Assembly (NCBI GenBank): GCA_017444395.1
Contig: JAFSWT010000136.1
Span: 3,795 to 67,794, forward strand
Direction of reading: 5' to 3'
Source of the DNA: Schwartzia sp. (in: firmicutes)
GTDB taxonomy: Bacteria > Bacillota > Negativicutes > Selenomonadales > Selenomonadaceae
Length of the DNA: 64,000 nt
Below, in pieces: positions 1 to 8,461 of the stretch. Within the stretch, counting starts at the first letter, position 1; every line of letters starts with the position of its first letter. Under the pieces are notes generated by a model. That model was not told where the DNA came from and ran no database searches. It was given only the letters and a program-made list of their open reading frames with translations. Both the position numbers and the translations under genes were made by a program.

Positions 1-52
1 AGCCCCGGCCGGAAAAGCCGGGGCCGCGGCCGAAGCGTTTCTGGCCGTCGTA

Positions 53-493
53 TCATGCAAATTCCGGGAACAGGTCGCCGGCGATGAACCGTATGTCATC
101 AATGGGGATCCTTGTCCCGTCCGTTAGCAGCAGGGCGCGTTTTGTTTCGTCGAGCGCCTTCGCTTTGCCGTCGGTCGTCACATAGCGGCCGCCGGCTTTC
201 CTTTCGTCCGGCAGGAACCAGGTGACAGCGATCTCCGGCTGTTCTTTGATGTGCCGTACAATGACGGCCAGTCTGGCTTCAATCATCGCAATCATATCCT
301 CACTCAATTCCGCTTTCTCTTCCGTTTCCCGGCCCGCCTCGCGGATGGCCGCGCCGAAGCCCGTCAGGGCGTCGAAGGCGGCGAACTGCGCCGCCCGCTT
401 GCTCCGCGCCATCGGCGGATGGACCCGTGATACCGGATGAGAAAGACCAATCATATCATCGTAGCGATGGGGATTTCCAATCGGTGCGCTCAT
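53..493 (-). CDS. YolD-like protein, companion of a Y-family polymerase
   Basis: 146-aa ORF. Its start overlaps the stop of the upstream Y-family polymerase by 4 nt (490-493). This size and position are typical of YolD-like proteins, which follow UmuC-like genes in Firmicutes. Confidence 0.6.
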   Translation of the reverse strand: MSAPIGNPHRYDDMIGLSHPVSRVHPPMARSKRAAQFAAFDALTGFGAAIREAGRETEEKAELSEDMIAMIEARLAVIVRHIKEQPEIAVTWFLPDERKAGGRYVTTDGKAKALDETKRALLLTDGTRIPIDDIRFIAGDLFPEFA

Positions 494-1998
494 GCCCGGT
501 GCCCTCCTATCTGCCGGTTGCGTTCCCGCGTCATCGCCTCCTCTTCGAGGTTGCTGCCCTTGAGGATGGCGTTCTTGCCGTATTTGCGCCGGATGGCGAG
601 AATCGCCCGCTGGACGGCCTTTTCCCGCTGCGCCTGCTCCATCGCCCGCGCCTGCGCCGCGATGTCCACGAAAAGGTCAAAAGCCTGGGGCTTTTCCTGT
701 TCCCCGGTCTCCGGCGTCACGTGGTTGGCGACGATGGTAACGCGCCGGACGAGGAGCGCGGGATTCACGATGCGGTCAAAAAGCGCCAGCGCCGCCGCCA
801 GAATTTGCTTCGCCGACGAGGTCGGCGGGCCGAGATTCACAGAGCCGTGGGCGGAGGCGGGCCGGCAGCGCCCGTAATGGTCGATGGCCAGCGGGCCGTT
901 GTAGTTCCCGCCCTTCAGGCTCTCCTTGTCGTAGCCGATGTACAGCACGATCTGGTCAGTCAGCAACTCCTTTTCCACGAGGTCAAGCGCCAACAGGTCC
1001 GTCGTCTCCCAGACGATGAGCCGGGCTTTGTTGAAAGGGTATGGCTTCGGCAGGACCTGTCCGGAGGTCAGGCTCTTCGAGACGGGCCGGTACGCCTTGA
1101 TGTCCGCAACCGTGCAGGGCTCCCAGCCCCAGGCGTGGTCAATCAGGAGCTCGGCGTTCACGCCAAAGAGCTTGTAGAGCAGGTTCTCGTTCCAGAAATC
1201 CCCGGCCCTGCCAATCGAGCAGCGGGCGATATCCCCCATCGTGAACATCCGGTGCCGGGCGAGCCTCGCCGCCGTGCCGGGGCCGATCCGCCAGAAATCC
1301 GTCAGCGGGACGTGGTCCCACAGCTTTTGCCGGTAGGCCATCTCGTCCAGTTCGGCAATCCGCACGCCGTCCTCATCGGCGGGCATCTTCTTGGCGACGA
1401 TGTCCATGGCGACCTTGGCCAGGTAGAGGTTCGTACCGATGCCGGCTGTGGCGGTGATGCCGGTCTCCGCCAGCACCGTCCGCACCATCTTCATCGCCAG
1501 CGCGTGCGCCGAAAGGCCATACATGGCAAGATAGGGCGTCGCGTCGATGAACACCTCGTCGATGGAGTACACCACGATATCCTCGGGGGCGATGAAGCGG
1601 AGATAGACCTGGTAAATGCGGGTGCTGTATTCCACATAGAGCCCCATGCGCGGCCGGGCGGTGATATAGGCCACCGCCAGCGACGGATTGGCCTGCAGCG
1701 CGGCGTCGCTCACCGATTCCCCGGCGAACCGCCGCCCCGGGGCGTGATATTTCCGCGCCCCGTTGATTTCCTTCACCTTTTGGATGACCTCAAAGAGCCG
1801 GGGGCGCCCGGGAACGCCCCGGGCCTTGAGGGGCGGCGAGACGGCAAGGCAGATGGTCCCGGCGGTGCGGCTTTCGTCGGCCACCACCAGGTTCGTGTCC
1901 AGCGGGTCGAGGCCCCGCTCCACGCACTCCACCGAGGCGTAATAGCTTTTGAGGTCAATGGCGATACAAGCGCGCCCGGCAGTATCCACGACGGTCAC
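490..1998 (-). CDS. Y-family DNA polymerase (UmuC/ImpB/UvrX-like translesion polymerase)
   Basis: 502 aa. The N-terminus IAIDLKSYYASVECVERGLDPLDTNLVVAD...ICLAVSP matches the IMS/Y-family catalytic core. RBS GGGGAGGTG lies upstream. Confidence 0.85.
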   Translation of the reverse strand: MTVVDTAGRACIAIDLKSYYASVECVERGLDPLDTNLVVADESRTAGTICLAVSPPLKARGVPGRPRLFEVIQKVKEINGARKYHAPGRRFAGESVSDAALQANPSLAVAYITARPRMGLYVEYSTRIYQVYLRFIAPEDIVVYSIDEVFIDATPYLAMYGLSAHALAMKMVRTVLAETGITATAGIGTNLYLAKVAMDIVAKKMPADEDGVRIAELDEMAYRQKLWDHVPLTDFWRIGPGTAARLARHRMFTMGDIARCSIGRAGDFWNENLLYKLFGVNAELLIDHAWGWEPCTVADIKAYRPVSKSLTSGQVLPKPYPFNKARLIVWETTDLLALDLVEKELLTDQIVLYIGYDKESLKGGNYNGPLAIDHYGRCRPASAHGSVNLGPPTSSAKQILAAALALFDRIVNPALLVRRVTIVANHVTPETGEQEKPQAFDLFVDIAAQARAMEQAQREKAVQRAILAIRRKYGKNAILKGSNLEEEAMTRERNRQIGGHRA

Positions 1999-2037
1999 CT
2001 CCCCTGACGGTAAAATTCAGAAACTCTGTTTGGAAAT

Positions 2038-2066
2038 ATAATAGATTACATGTTCTAAATTGTCAA
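2038..2066 (-). promoter_or_regulatory. Sigma-70-type promoter of the polymerase-yolD operon
   Basis: The minus strand reads TTGACA (2066-2061), a 17-nt spacer, then TATTAT (2043-2038), about 40 nt upstream of the start at 1998. The spacer contains GAACATGT, half of a Cheo/LexA-type box. Confidence 0.45.
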
Positions 2067-2088
2067 GGGGGCAAATTCGTCATATAAT
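2060..2088 (+). promoter_or_regulatory. Candidate promoter of the yaiI-like gene, divergent and overlapping
   Basis: TTGTCA (2060-2065), a 17-nt spacer, then TATAAT (2083-2088), about 50 nt upstream of the ATG at 2140. Confidence 0.4.
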
Positions 2089-2139
2089 AAGCAGGAACCA
2101 TCCATCGTTGCATCATGACAGCACAAGGGGGCGTGCCCG

Positions 2140-2601
2140 GTGAAAATCCTCGTGGACGCGGATGCCTGTCCCGTCGTCCGAAAAATCGAGTCCATAGCGC
2201 GGAAACATCACATCCCGGTGCTCCTGTTCTGCGATACGAACCACATCCTGCACTCGTCGTACAGCGAAGTGAAAACGATCGGCGCCGGCGCCGACGCGGT
2301 GGATTTCGCGCTGATCAATCACTGCGGCGCGGGGGATATCGTCATCACGCAGGACTACGGGCTGGCGGCCATGGCCCTCGGGAAGCAGGCCTACGCGATG
2401 CATTACAGCGGATTGCAGTACACAAACGATAACATCAGCCGGCTGCTGGAAGAGCGTCACATGGTCAGGATGGCGCGGCGCTCCTCCCAGCGTCCCCGGA
2501 TACGGGGGATAAAGAACCTCATGCGGCGGGACGACGGGGGCTTTGCCGCTGTCCTGAACCGGCTGATTGAGGAGGCGTCGGCCAGCGGGGCGGACCTGTG
2601 A
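2140..2601 (+). CDS. YaiI/YqxD family protein (UPF0178/DUF188)
   Basis: 153 aa. The N-terminus MKILVDADACPVV and the motif GDIVITQDYGLAA are characteristic of DUF188. Confidence 0.8.
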   Translation: MKILVDADACPVVRKIESIARKHHIPVLLFCDTNHILHSSYSEVKTIGAGADAVDFALINHCGAGDIVITQDYGLAAMALGKQAYAMHYSGLQYTNDNISRLLEERHMVRMARRSSQRPRIRGIKNLMRRDDGGFAAVLNRLIEEASASGADL

Positions 2602-2630
2602 CACTCTCGCGGTTGGAACGCGTATCCCTG

Positions 2631-2760
2631 ATACTACTCTCAGATTAAAAATTTAATCTGAGAGACGCGTGCTACGCACGCTACAGCCGCGCTAAAGCGC
2701 GTCTGCCGTCTCATACTACTCTCAGTAAGGATTTAAAAATCCTAACTGAGAGTAGTATGA
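2631..2760. repeat. Nested AT-rich palindromic element (MITE-like or structured RNA)
   Basis: ATACTACTCTCAG occurs at 2631 and 2714, with its inverted copy at 2746-2758. Hairpin A spans 2637-2664 with a 13-bp stem. Hairpin B spans 2711-2760 and pairs 23 of 24 positions. A GC-rich multi-hairpin lies between them. No T-run follows, so neither is an intrinsic terminator. Confidence 0.7.
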
Positions 2761-2805
2761 CGCCTCCGCGATTCACGATGGTGCCGGACTTCCGGCGCCG
2801 ATATG

Positions 2806-2843
2806 AAAAAAGCACCTGATCAATGAAGGTCAGGTGCTTTTTC
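2806..2843. terminator. Bidirectional rho-independent terminator between the convergent yaiI-like and NUDIX genes
   Basis: AAAAAA-AGCACCTGA-loop-TCAGGTGCT-TTTTT. Confidence 0.75.
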
Positions 2844-2876
2844 TATGGTCATAGTCCGCCGCCTCGGCGCGGCCCG

Positions 2877-3356
2877 TCAGGAAGCGGGCAGATCTTCGCC
2901 GTCCAGGGCAGCCTCCGCCAGCCGGTCGCCCTCGTAGCGGAGTTTTAGGGAAAAGAATTGCTCCCGCGTTTCCAGCAGGCGGAAGAAGATCTTGTCCCCT
3001 TCCCATACAGGCAGCGTATAGACGTCCGGTTTCGCCACCCATTCCAGCGTTCCCTCGTCGCAGGGCCCCGGCTCCCCCGCCGCTTCGGCGGTATAGAGGA
3101 ACATGTACTCCGTCGGCCAGCGGTCGGAACAGAAGGTAACGACGCCGCGCAACCGGTGCGATGTCAACGTCAGTCCCGTTTCCTCGCGGACTTCCCGCCG
3201 CAGGCATTCCTCCGGCGATTCGTCCGGCTCGAAGTGGCCGCCGACGCCCACCCACTTGTCCCGGTTGATGTCGCCCTCTTTCTTCGTGCGGTGCATCATC
3301 AGGTACTTCCCGTCCCGCTCGATGTAGCAGAGCGTCGTCAGATTGCTCTTTTCCAT
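2877..3356 (-). CDS. NUDIX hydrolase (MutT-like)
   Basis: Nudix box GGHFEPDESPEECLRREVREETGL. The start is trimmed to MEKSNL. The longer ORF upstream is Gly/Ala-rich read-through. Confidence 0.8.
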   Translation of the reverse strand: MEKSNLTTLCYIERDGKYLMMHRTKKEGDINRDKWVGVGGHFEPDESPEECLRREVREETGLTLTSHRLRGVVTFCSDRWPTEYMFLYTAEAAGEPGPCDEGTLEWVAKPDVYTLPVWEGDKIFFRLLETREQFFSLKLRYEGDRLAEAALDGEDLPAS

Positions 3357-3450
3357 GCAGCCGTCCTCCTTCTTCGCCCTGCCACCGGATGGCACCACGC
3401 CACCGGCAGCGGGAACAGAAACGGCGGCCTTGCGGCCGCCGGGCATCGTC

Positions 3451-3527
3451 TGGCGTCCTCGAGAGGATTTGAACCTCCGACCTACCGCTTAGGAGGCGGT
3501 CGCTCTATCCAGCTGAGCTACGAAGAC
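3451..3527 (-). tRNA. tRNA-Arg (anticodon CCU)
   Basis: The reverse complement is GTCTTCGTAGCTCAGCTGGATAGAGCGACCGCCTCCTAAGCGGTAGGTCGGAGGTTCAAATCCTCTCGAGGACGCCA. It has a 7-bp acceptor stem, anticodon loop CUCCUAA, a GGTTCAAATCC T-loop and an encoded CCA. Confidence 0.92.
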
Positions 3528-3609
3528 GTTTGGATTATCCTGTATATTATAGCAGATTACGCGCCGGACCGCAATCGGACAGCGCGTTTTTCTCTCCGTG
3601 GTGGGACGG

Positions 3610-4965
3610 CTATGTGCCCGGCCTGGCGTGCCGTCGCTCGACGACGCGCAGGCGGAACATCTGACAAACCGTGCCGAGCAAAAGTCCGGAAATGAGGCCG
3701 GCCCAGTAGCCGTATGGCCCGAGGCTTGTAAAGCGGGCCAATGCCCAGCCGGCGGGGAGGCCAATGCCCCAATAAGAGAGCATCGCCAGATAGAAGGCGG
3801 CACGGACGTCCTTATATCCGCGCAATGCCCCCTGCAGCGGCGCGTTGACGCCGTCCGCCAGCTGCATGACGACGGCGTAGCCGAGGAATACCACCAGGCG
3901 TTCCCGGACCGCCGGATCGGAGGTGTAAAAGCCGGCGATACCATCCGCATACCGCGCGGCCAAAGCAGCCAGAGAGCCGGCCGCCGTCAGGGAGAGGCCC
4001 CAGGAAAGCCGGGTGTACTGCCGCGCGTCGGCCGGACGGCGGGCGCCGGTCTCATAGCCGACGAAGATGGTCAAGGCCAGGGAGATGCTGAGGGGCACCA
4101 CATAGGCCACCGAGGCGAAGTTCATGGCCGCCTGGTGCGCCGCCATGACCGTGGTACCGTAAGCCGCCATCAGCAACCCCACCACGCCGAAGATGCTGGC
4201 CTCACAGAACATCGTACTGCCGATGGGCAGACCGACGCTGAGCTGTTTCTTCCACTCGCCCCCGTCGAGGGACGGAAAATCGGAAAACACGCGGTAGCGC
4301 GCGAAATCCGCGGTATGCGTGACCGTCAGCGCGTAGAGGACGAAATCCAGCGCGAAGGCGACAGCGGAGCCCATGCCGGCCCCGGCGCCGCCGAAGGCAG
4401 GCAGACCGAAGGGCCCGAACATGAAGACATAGTTCAAGGCGACGTTGATGGGCACGATGGCCAGCGTAATCATCATGGTAAGGCGCGTGGCCCCGTGAGA
4501 ATCCATGAGGTTCCGCAACACCAGCGACAAAAAGAACGGCACGATGCCGAAGGAAAGGGCGACGAGATAACGGCTGGCAATCGTCTCCACCCGCGGGGCC
4601 AGCGCGAGATGCGGCAACAGGAGCGGCACCCCGGCATACCCCAGCAGCAGGAACACCGCCGCCAGCCCCAGGGACCAGTAGAAGCCCTGCTGCACGATGC
4701 GGCGGATGCGCTCTTTCTTCCCGGCTCCATAGAGCTGCGCCAGCACCGGCGTCAGCCCGGAGATGATGCCGATGGCCAGGCAGAAGAACGGCATCAGGAG
4801 ATTCGCCGCCACAGCGACGCCGGCCAGGTCCTCCTGGCTGATGTGGCCGGCCATGACCGTATCGAAAAAGCCGGTGGTGAAAATCGCCGTCTGGGAGACG
4901 AAAATGGGCAGCAGCACCGCGAGAAGCTGCCGGGCCTTTTCCCGGCAGGAATGTGTCTGTCTCAT
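3610..4965 (-). CDS. MATE family efflux transporter
   Basis: 451 aa and about 12 TM segments. The N-terminus LLPIFVSQTAIFTTGFFDTVMAGHISQEDLAGVAVA is typical of NorM/MATE. Confidence 0.9.
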   Translation of the reverse strand: MRQTHSCREKARQLLAVLLPIFVSQTAIFTTGFFDTVMAGHISQEDLAGVAVAANLLMPFFCLAIGIISGLTPVLAQLYGAGKKERIRRIVQQGFYWSLGLAAVFLLLGYAGVPLLLPHLALAPRVETIASRYLVALSFGIVPFFLSLVLRNLMDSHGATRLTMMITLAIVPINVALNYVFMFGPFGLPAFGGAGAGMGSAVAFALDFVLYALTVTHTADFARYRVFSDFPSLDGGEWKKQLSVGLPIGSTMFCEASIFGVVGLLMAAYGTTVMAAHQAAMNFASVAYVVPLSISLALTIFVGYETGARRPADARQYTRLSWGLSLTAAGSLAALAARYADGIAGFYTSDPAVRERLVVFLGYAVVMQLADGVNAPLQGALRGYKDVRAAFYLAMLSYWGIGLPAGWALARFTSLGPYGYWAGLISGLLLGTVCQMFRLRVVERRHARPGT

Positions 4966-4971
4966 GCGCCG

Positions 4972-6759
4972 TCAGCCCGTTTTCCCCGGATTACCCCCGT
5001 CGGTAGCGCCGTGCCCGGTGGCCGTGCAGACACGGTCTTTGCCGCTGTGCTTGGCCTCGTAAAGCGTTTCATCGAGGGCCCGGTAGAAGTCAAGGTAGGT
5101 ACCCTGCCTCGCGTATTCGGCGACGCCCAGGCTGGCGGTGACCCGCTTCCCGTCCGGCAGGGCAAAGCCCGCGGAAATATCCCGGCGGATGCGCTCGGCG
5201 ATTTCCACCGCGCCCGCCAGCGACGTCCCCGGCAGGACGATGAGGAATTCCTCGCCGCCCCAGCGTCCGGCAGCGTCGCTGCGCCGGATATTCCGCTTCA
5301 TCACGCTGCCCGCCCAGCGAAGCACCTGGTCACCCACCGCGTGGCCATAGGTATCGTTGATTTTCTTGAAGTTGTCCAGATCCAGCATGACCGCGGACAG
5401 CGCCGTCTTTTCCTGCCGCCGGTCCGAAAACTCCTTTTGCAGGATGATCTCGATTTCCCCGCGATTGTAAAGCCCTGTCAGCCGGTCCACCGTCGCCAGC
5501 TCCGCGAGCTGCCGGTTCGCCGTCTCCAGCTCCGCCGACGTCACCGCCACGAAATTCGCCAGATACTGCACCAGCTTCATCGTGCTGGTGAGCTGCTTCG
5601 GCGGCGGCGGGGCCGGCATCTGCGGCGGACGGCTGGCTTCCCGGGCCCCCTCCCGGAAGGCCACCGACACCATCGTCATGTTGAGCATCGTCACCGGGCC
5701 GCCTTCCTTGCGCCCCACCTCGCCCTTGACGTAAAACCCGGCGTTGGGAGCGATAAGCTGGAACGGCCAAAGCTCCTGATTCGTATCCTCCTGAAGGAAA
5801 ATGCGCCGGGAAACGCAGTTAAAGAGCAGGATGGCCTGCGGCTCGAAGGTCATGATGTCCATGCGGACCTCATAGGAAGCATCCAGTATTTCGCCGGGGT
5901 CGCCGTAGGCCAGGCGCACCTGTTCCCCCAGCCGGCAGTCGGCGCTCATGACCAACGCCCCTTCCGCTGTCACATGGTCAGGCAGGCGCAGCATCCGGCA
6001 GCCATCGCGTTCCAAGGACAGCGGGAAAAGCAGATTCTCTCCCCCAATATCCTCCTGGGAAATCATGAGGTATTTCTGGTAAACCCGGCTCGCCGGCTGA
6101 TGGTCCAGCCTGGCGATGACGTTGTCGCCCTTCATGGCGGTAATCTGAAACCACGGCCCCAGCGGACGCCAGCCCTGGCTCGCGTTGACGCGGATGTGGA
6201 GCGCGTCTCCCGCGAAGCAGATGACGACAATCCCCTCCCGCAAGACGCGGTCCCCGACGAACACATACGGCGTCTCATTGTCCGTACTGCCGGCAACGCC
6301 GCCGAAGACGGGAAGATTGGCCGGAAACTCGTTGAGCCGGTCCAGGAATTCGTAAATCCGGGTATCGTTGACCGCCATCAGGAGCTCCAACCCCGCCAGT
6401 GGATTGAGCGGGCGGCAGACCTCGCGCAGGACCGCCGCCGCCTCTGCCGGCGTCATGGCGGTCAGGTCGAGAGGCAGGACCTTGATCCGGGTTTCCTGGA
6501 AGACCATGAAATTCAGGATCGTAGTGTGCTCCGACATCGCCCCGGAGACGATTTCCCCCGAGGTCGTGCTGCCCACGATGATCGCCGTCGGCAACGCGTC
6601 CCGGAGGCGCGCCGTGAGGATCCGGACCGCCGCCGCCGGCCAGCCGGAAAAGACGGAGACCAGAACCGCCGAGGGTTTTTCCGGGCACTGTTCCCGGAAC
6701 GCCCGCAGACAGGCGTCGAAGTCAACGGCGGTTTTCAGGTAGAAGGATATCTGCTTCAT
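4972..6759 (-). CDS. FIST-sensor diguanylate cyclase (FIST_N/FIST_C + GGDEF)
   Basis: 595 aa. The C-terminus carries RLTGLYNRG...DLDNFKKINDTYGHAVGD...GGEEF. The N-terminal 380 aa has a FIST-like pattern (STTSGEI, FGGVAGS, LLFNCVSRR). The stop lies 6 nt from the MATE start. Confidence 0.85.
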   Translation of the reverse strand: MKQISFYLKTAVDFDACLRAFREQCPEKPSAVLVSVFSGWPAAAVRILTARLRDALPTAIIVGSTTSGEIVSGAMSEHTTILNFMVFQETRIKVLPLDLTAMTPAEAAAVLREVCRPLNPLAGLELLMAVNDTRIYEFLDRLNEFPANLPVFGGVAGSTDNETPYVFVGDRVLREGIVVICFAGDALHIRVNASQGWRPLGPWFQITAMKGDNVIARLDHQPASRVYQKYLMISQEDIGGENLLFPLSLERDGCRMLRLPDHVTAEGALVMSADCRLGEQVRLAYGDPGEILDASYEVRMDIMTFEPQAILLFNCVSRRIFLQEDTNQELWPFQLIAPNAGFYVKGEVGRKEGGPVTMLNMTMVSVAFREGAREASRPPQMPAPPPPKQLTSTMKLVQYLANFVAVTSAELETANRQLAELATVDRLTGLYNRGEIEIILQKEFSDRRQEKTALSAVMLDLDNFKKINDTYGHAVGDQVLRWAGSVMKRNIRRSDAAGRWGGEEFLIVLPGTSLAGAVEIAERIRRDISAGFALPDGKRVTASLGVAEYARQGTYLDFYRALDETLYEAKHSGKDRVCTATGHGATDGGNPGKTG

Positions 6760-6791
6760 GAACCAAGGCCTTCTCTCATACTGGTGTCAAA

Positions 6792-7754
6792 TCAAAGCTG
6801 GAAGTCGATGCGGTAGAGCTTCTCGCTGCGGTCGTCATAGACGAGGACCTGATTCCCCTCCATGGCGCAGAGGGCAAACGGGCGCATGTTGAACCTCAAA
6901 TCGCCCAGGACCTGGCCATTGGCGCGGTTGATCAGCCGGAACATCCCCTTGGACCCGCAATGGACAATGTAATCCTTCGTGACGGCCCAACCCCGGGGCA
7001 GTTCCTCGACGCCTTCGTAGCGGCGAATCTCTTTGCCCTCCCGGTTGAAGGCGATGAGCGTCGGTATGCTCTGGGGATTCTCCCGGGACTTCTTGATGGC
7101 GCACCGCAGGAAAACCTCATTGGCCTCGGCGCTGACCAACCGCAGCGTGACCGCCTTGAGCTCGGGACGCAGCTTGTAGTTCTTGATGACGTCGCGCACG
7201 TTCTGCAGCGTCTTTCCGTCGAAGGTGCCCGCCTTCAGCGCCGCCCCCCGGATATAGTAGAATTCCTGTGTGCCGTCCACGCCGGCCATCTCGCCCGGCC
7301 AGTCATCGCCCTCCGTCAGCGTCTTGCCGTCATAGGCGGCGAGATGGTGGTCATTGGCGGACCGGTAAAGCACGACCTGGCCGTTGGTAGCGAGATCATC
7401 AATGCTGCCGCTCTCCCCGATGACCGTAAGGTTGGAAATCGTCTCGCCCTTCACCGTCGCCTTGAAGAGCTGGGAGGGCTTCGTCCCGCCGTGGAAAAAG
7501 ATGGTGTCCCCCATGACCACAAGCCGCCCGGTGCGAATCTTCTTCCGGAGGTCAACGCCCGTGAGTTCATAGGCCCGTATCTCCTTCTGACCGAGGAGCG
7601 CCGTCATGGCCGGCGGCGTGGTGACCGCTGTCGCCGCGGGCTGAGCCGGGGCGGCGGCATCCTTCGCCGCCTGGCCGCCGCCTCCACCGCAGCCGGCCAA
7701 AAGCACCGCCACCAAAAACGCGGCCACCAGGCCGCCCGCCATCCGTTTCTTCAT
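6792..7754 (-). CDS. Lipoprotein of unknown function
   Basis: The start is trimmed to MKKRMAGGLVAAFLVAVLLAGCGGGG (lipobox LLAGC), with RBS GGAGAGGAG upstream. The mature part is rich in beta strands. Confidence 0.6.
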   Translation of the reverse strand: MKKRMAGGLVAAFLVAVLLAGCGGGGGQAAKDAAAPAQPAATAVTTPPAMTALLGQKEIRAYELTGVDLRKKIRTGRLVVMGDTIFFHGGTKPSQLFKATVKGETISNLTVIGESGSIDDLATNGQVVLYRSANDHHLAAYDGKTLTEGDDWPGEMAGVDGTQEFYYIRGAALKAGTFDGKTLQNVRDVIKNYKLRPELKAVTLRLVSAEANEVFLRCAIKKSRENPQSIPTLIAFNREGKEIRRYEGVEELPRGWAVTKDYIVHCGSKGMFRLINRANGQVLGDLRFNMRPFALCAMEGNQVLVYDDRSEKLYRIDFQL

Positions 7755-7866
7755 GCTGAACATTCTCCTCTCCGGCGGTTCGTCCCGCCTGCCACGCTCG
7801 CCGTCGCCAAACCGGCGGTCTCCATCCGTATCGGCCAAATCACCGCCAATCCCCGGCGTCGCCCTC

Positions 7867-8430
7867 TCAATGCAGCTTCTTCCGCAGCGACGGGTCCAGT
7901 GGCACTTCCTGCACCGCCACCGCCAACGCCCGCATCTCGTCCGGCGTATGGGCGGCCCAGGCCCGCTGGACGCTTTGGGCGAAGTCCGCCGCCACCGGGG
8001 GATGAAGCGTCTGCCGCTGCACCGCCGCCCGCAGGCAGGCCATGAAATCATCGTTCAGCGTCACCTGACGCATCGCCAGCAGGATCTGCAGCCGGGTGTC
8101 CACCAGATAGAGGTGCAGCGTGGGATCGGCCAGGCTTTTCTCCGTCGGCCGCTGCTCCGGCTTCAGGAGATGCAGACCCAATGGCGCGTCGCCCCAGCCT
8201 TCCTTGAAGATGCCGTCCATGCGGTAGAGGAAGAACAGCACCCCCGATTCCTCGTAAAGCGCCAGCTCCATTGCCCCGGTGCGGAAAGCCTCCACCGCGA
8301 TGGCGTCCGCCCGGGAAAGCTGGAGGATGAACATGAGGCCGTTGGCGTCCGCCTGAATCAGGCCGCCGTCGCCCATAGCGCGAATCGGCAGCGGGAAAGG
8401 CTCCCCCGCCTGAAAATTCATACCGTCCAT
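7867..8430 (-). CDS. Hypothetical protein
   Basis: 187 aa from MDGMNFQAG, preceded by RBS GGGAGGGAG. I recognise no family. Confidence 0.5.
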   Translation of the reverse strand: MDGMNFQAGEPFPLPIRAMGDGGLIQADANGLMFILQLSRADAIAVEAFRTGAMELALYEESGVLFFLYRMDGIFKEGWGDAPLGLHLLKPEQRPTEKSLADPTLHLYLVDTRLQILLAMRQVTLNDDFMACLRAAVQRQTLHPPVAADFAQSVQRAWAAHTPDEMRALAVAVQEVPLDPSLRKKLH

Positions 8431-8461
8431 CGTCGCGTCTCCCTCCCGCCGGCTGTTGCCG

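Noticed and set aside
2044-2060. A possible LexA (Cheo) box in the polymerase promoter spacer.
   Set aside because: Only one half-site (GAAC) matches. The second half is AATC rather than GTTC. It is mentioned as a hypothesis but not called as a feature.
3598-6816. A 1072-aa + strand ORF spanning the MATE and diguanylate cyclase region.
   Set aside because: It lies antisense to two well-supported genes. Its translation is Arg/Gly/His/Pro-rich and low in complexity, with no RBS. This is a typical stop-codon-poor antisense frame of high-GC DNA.
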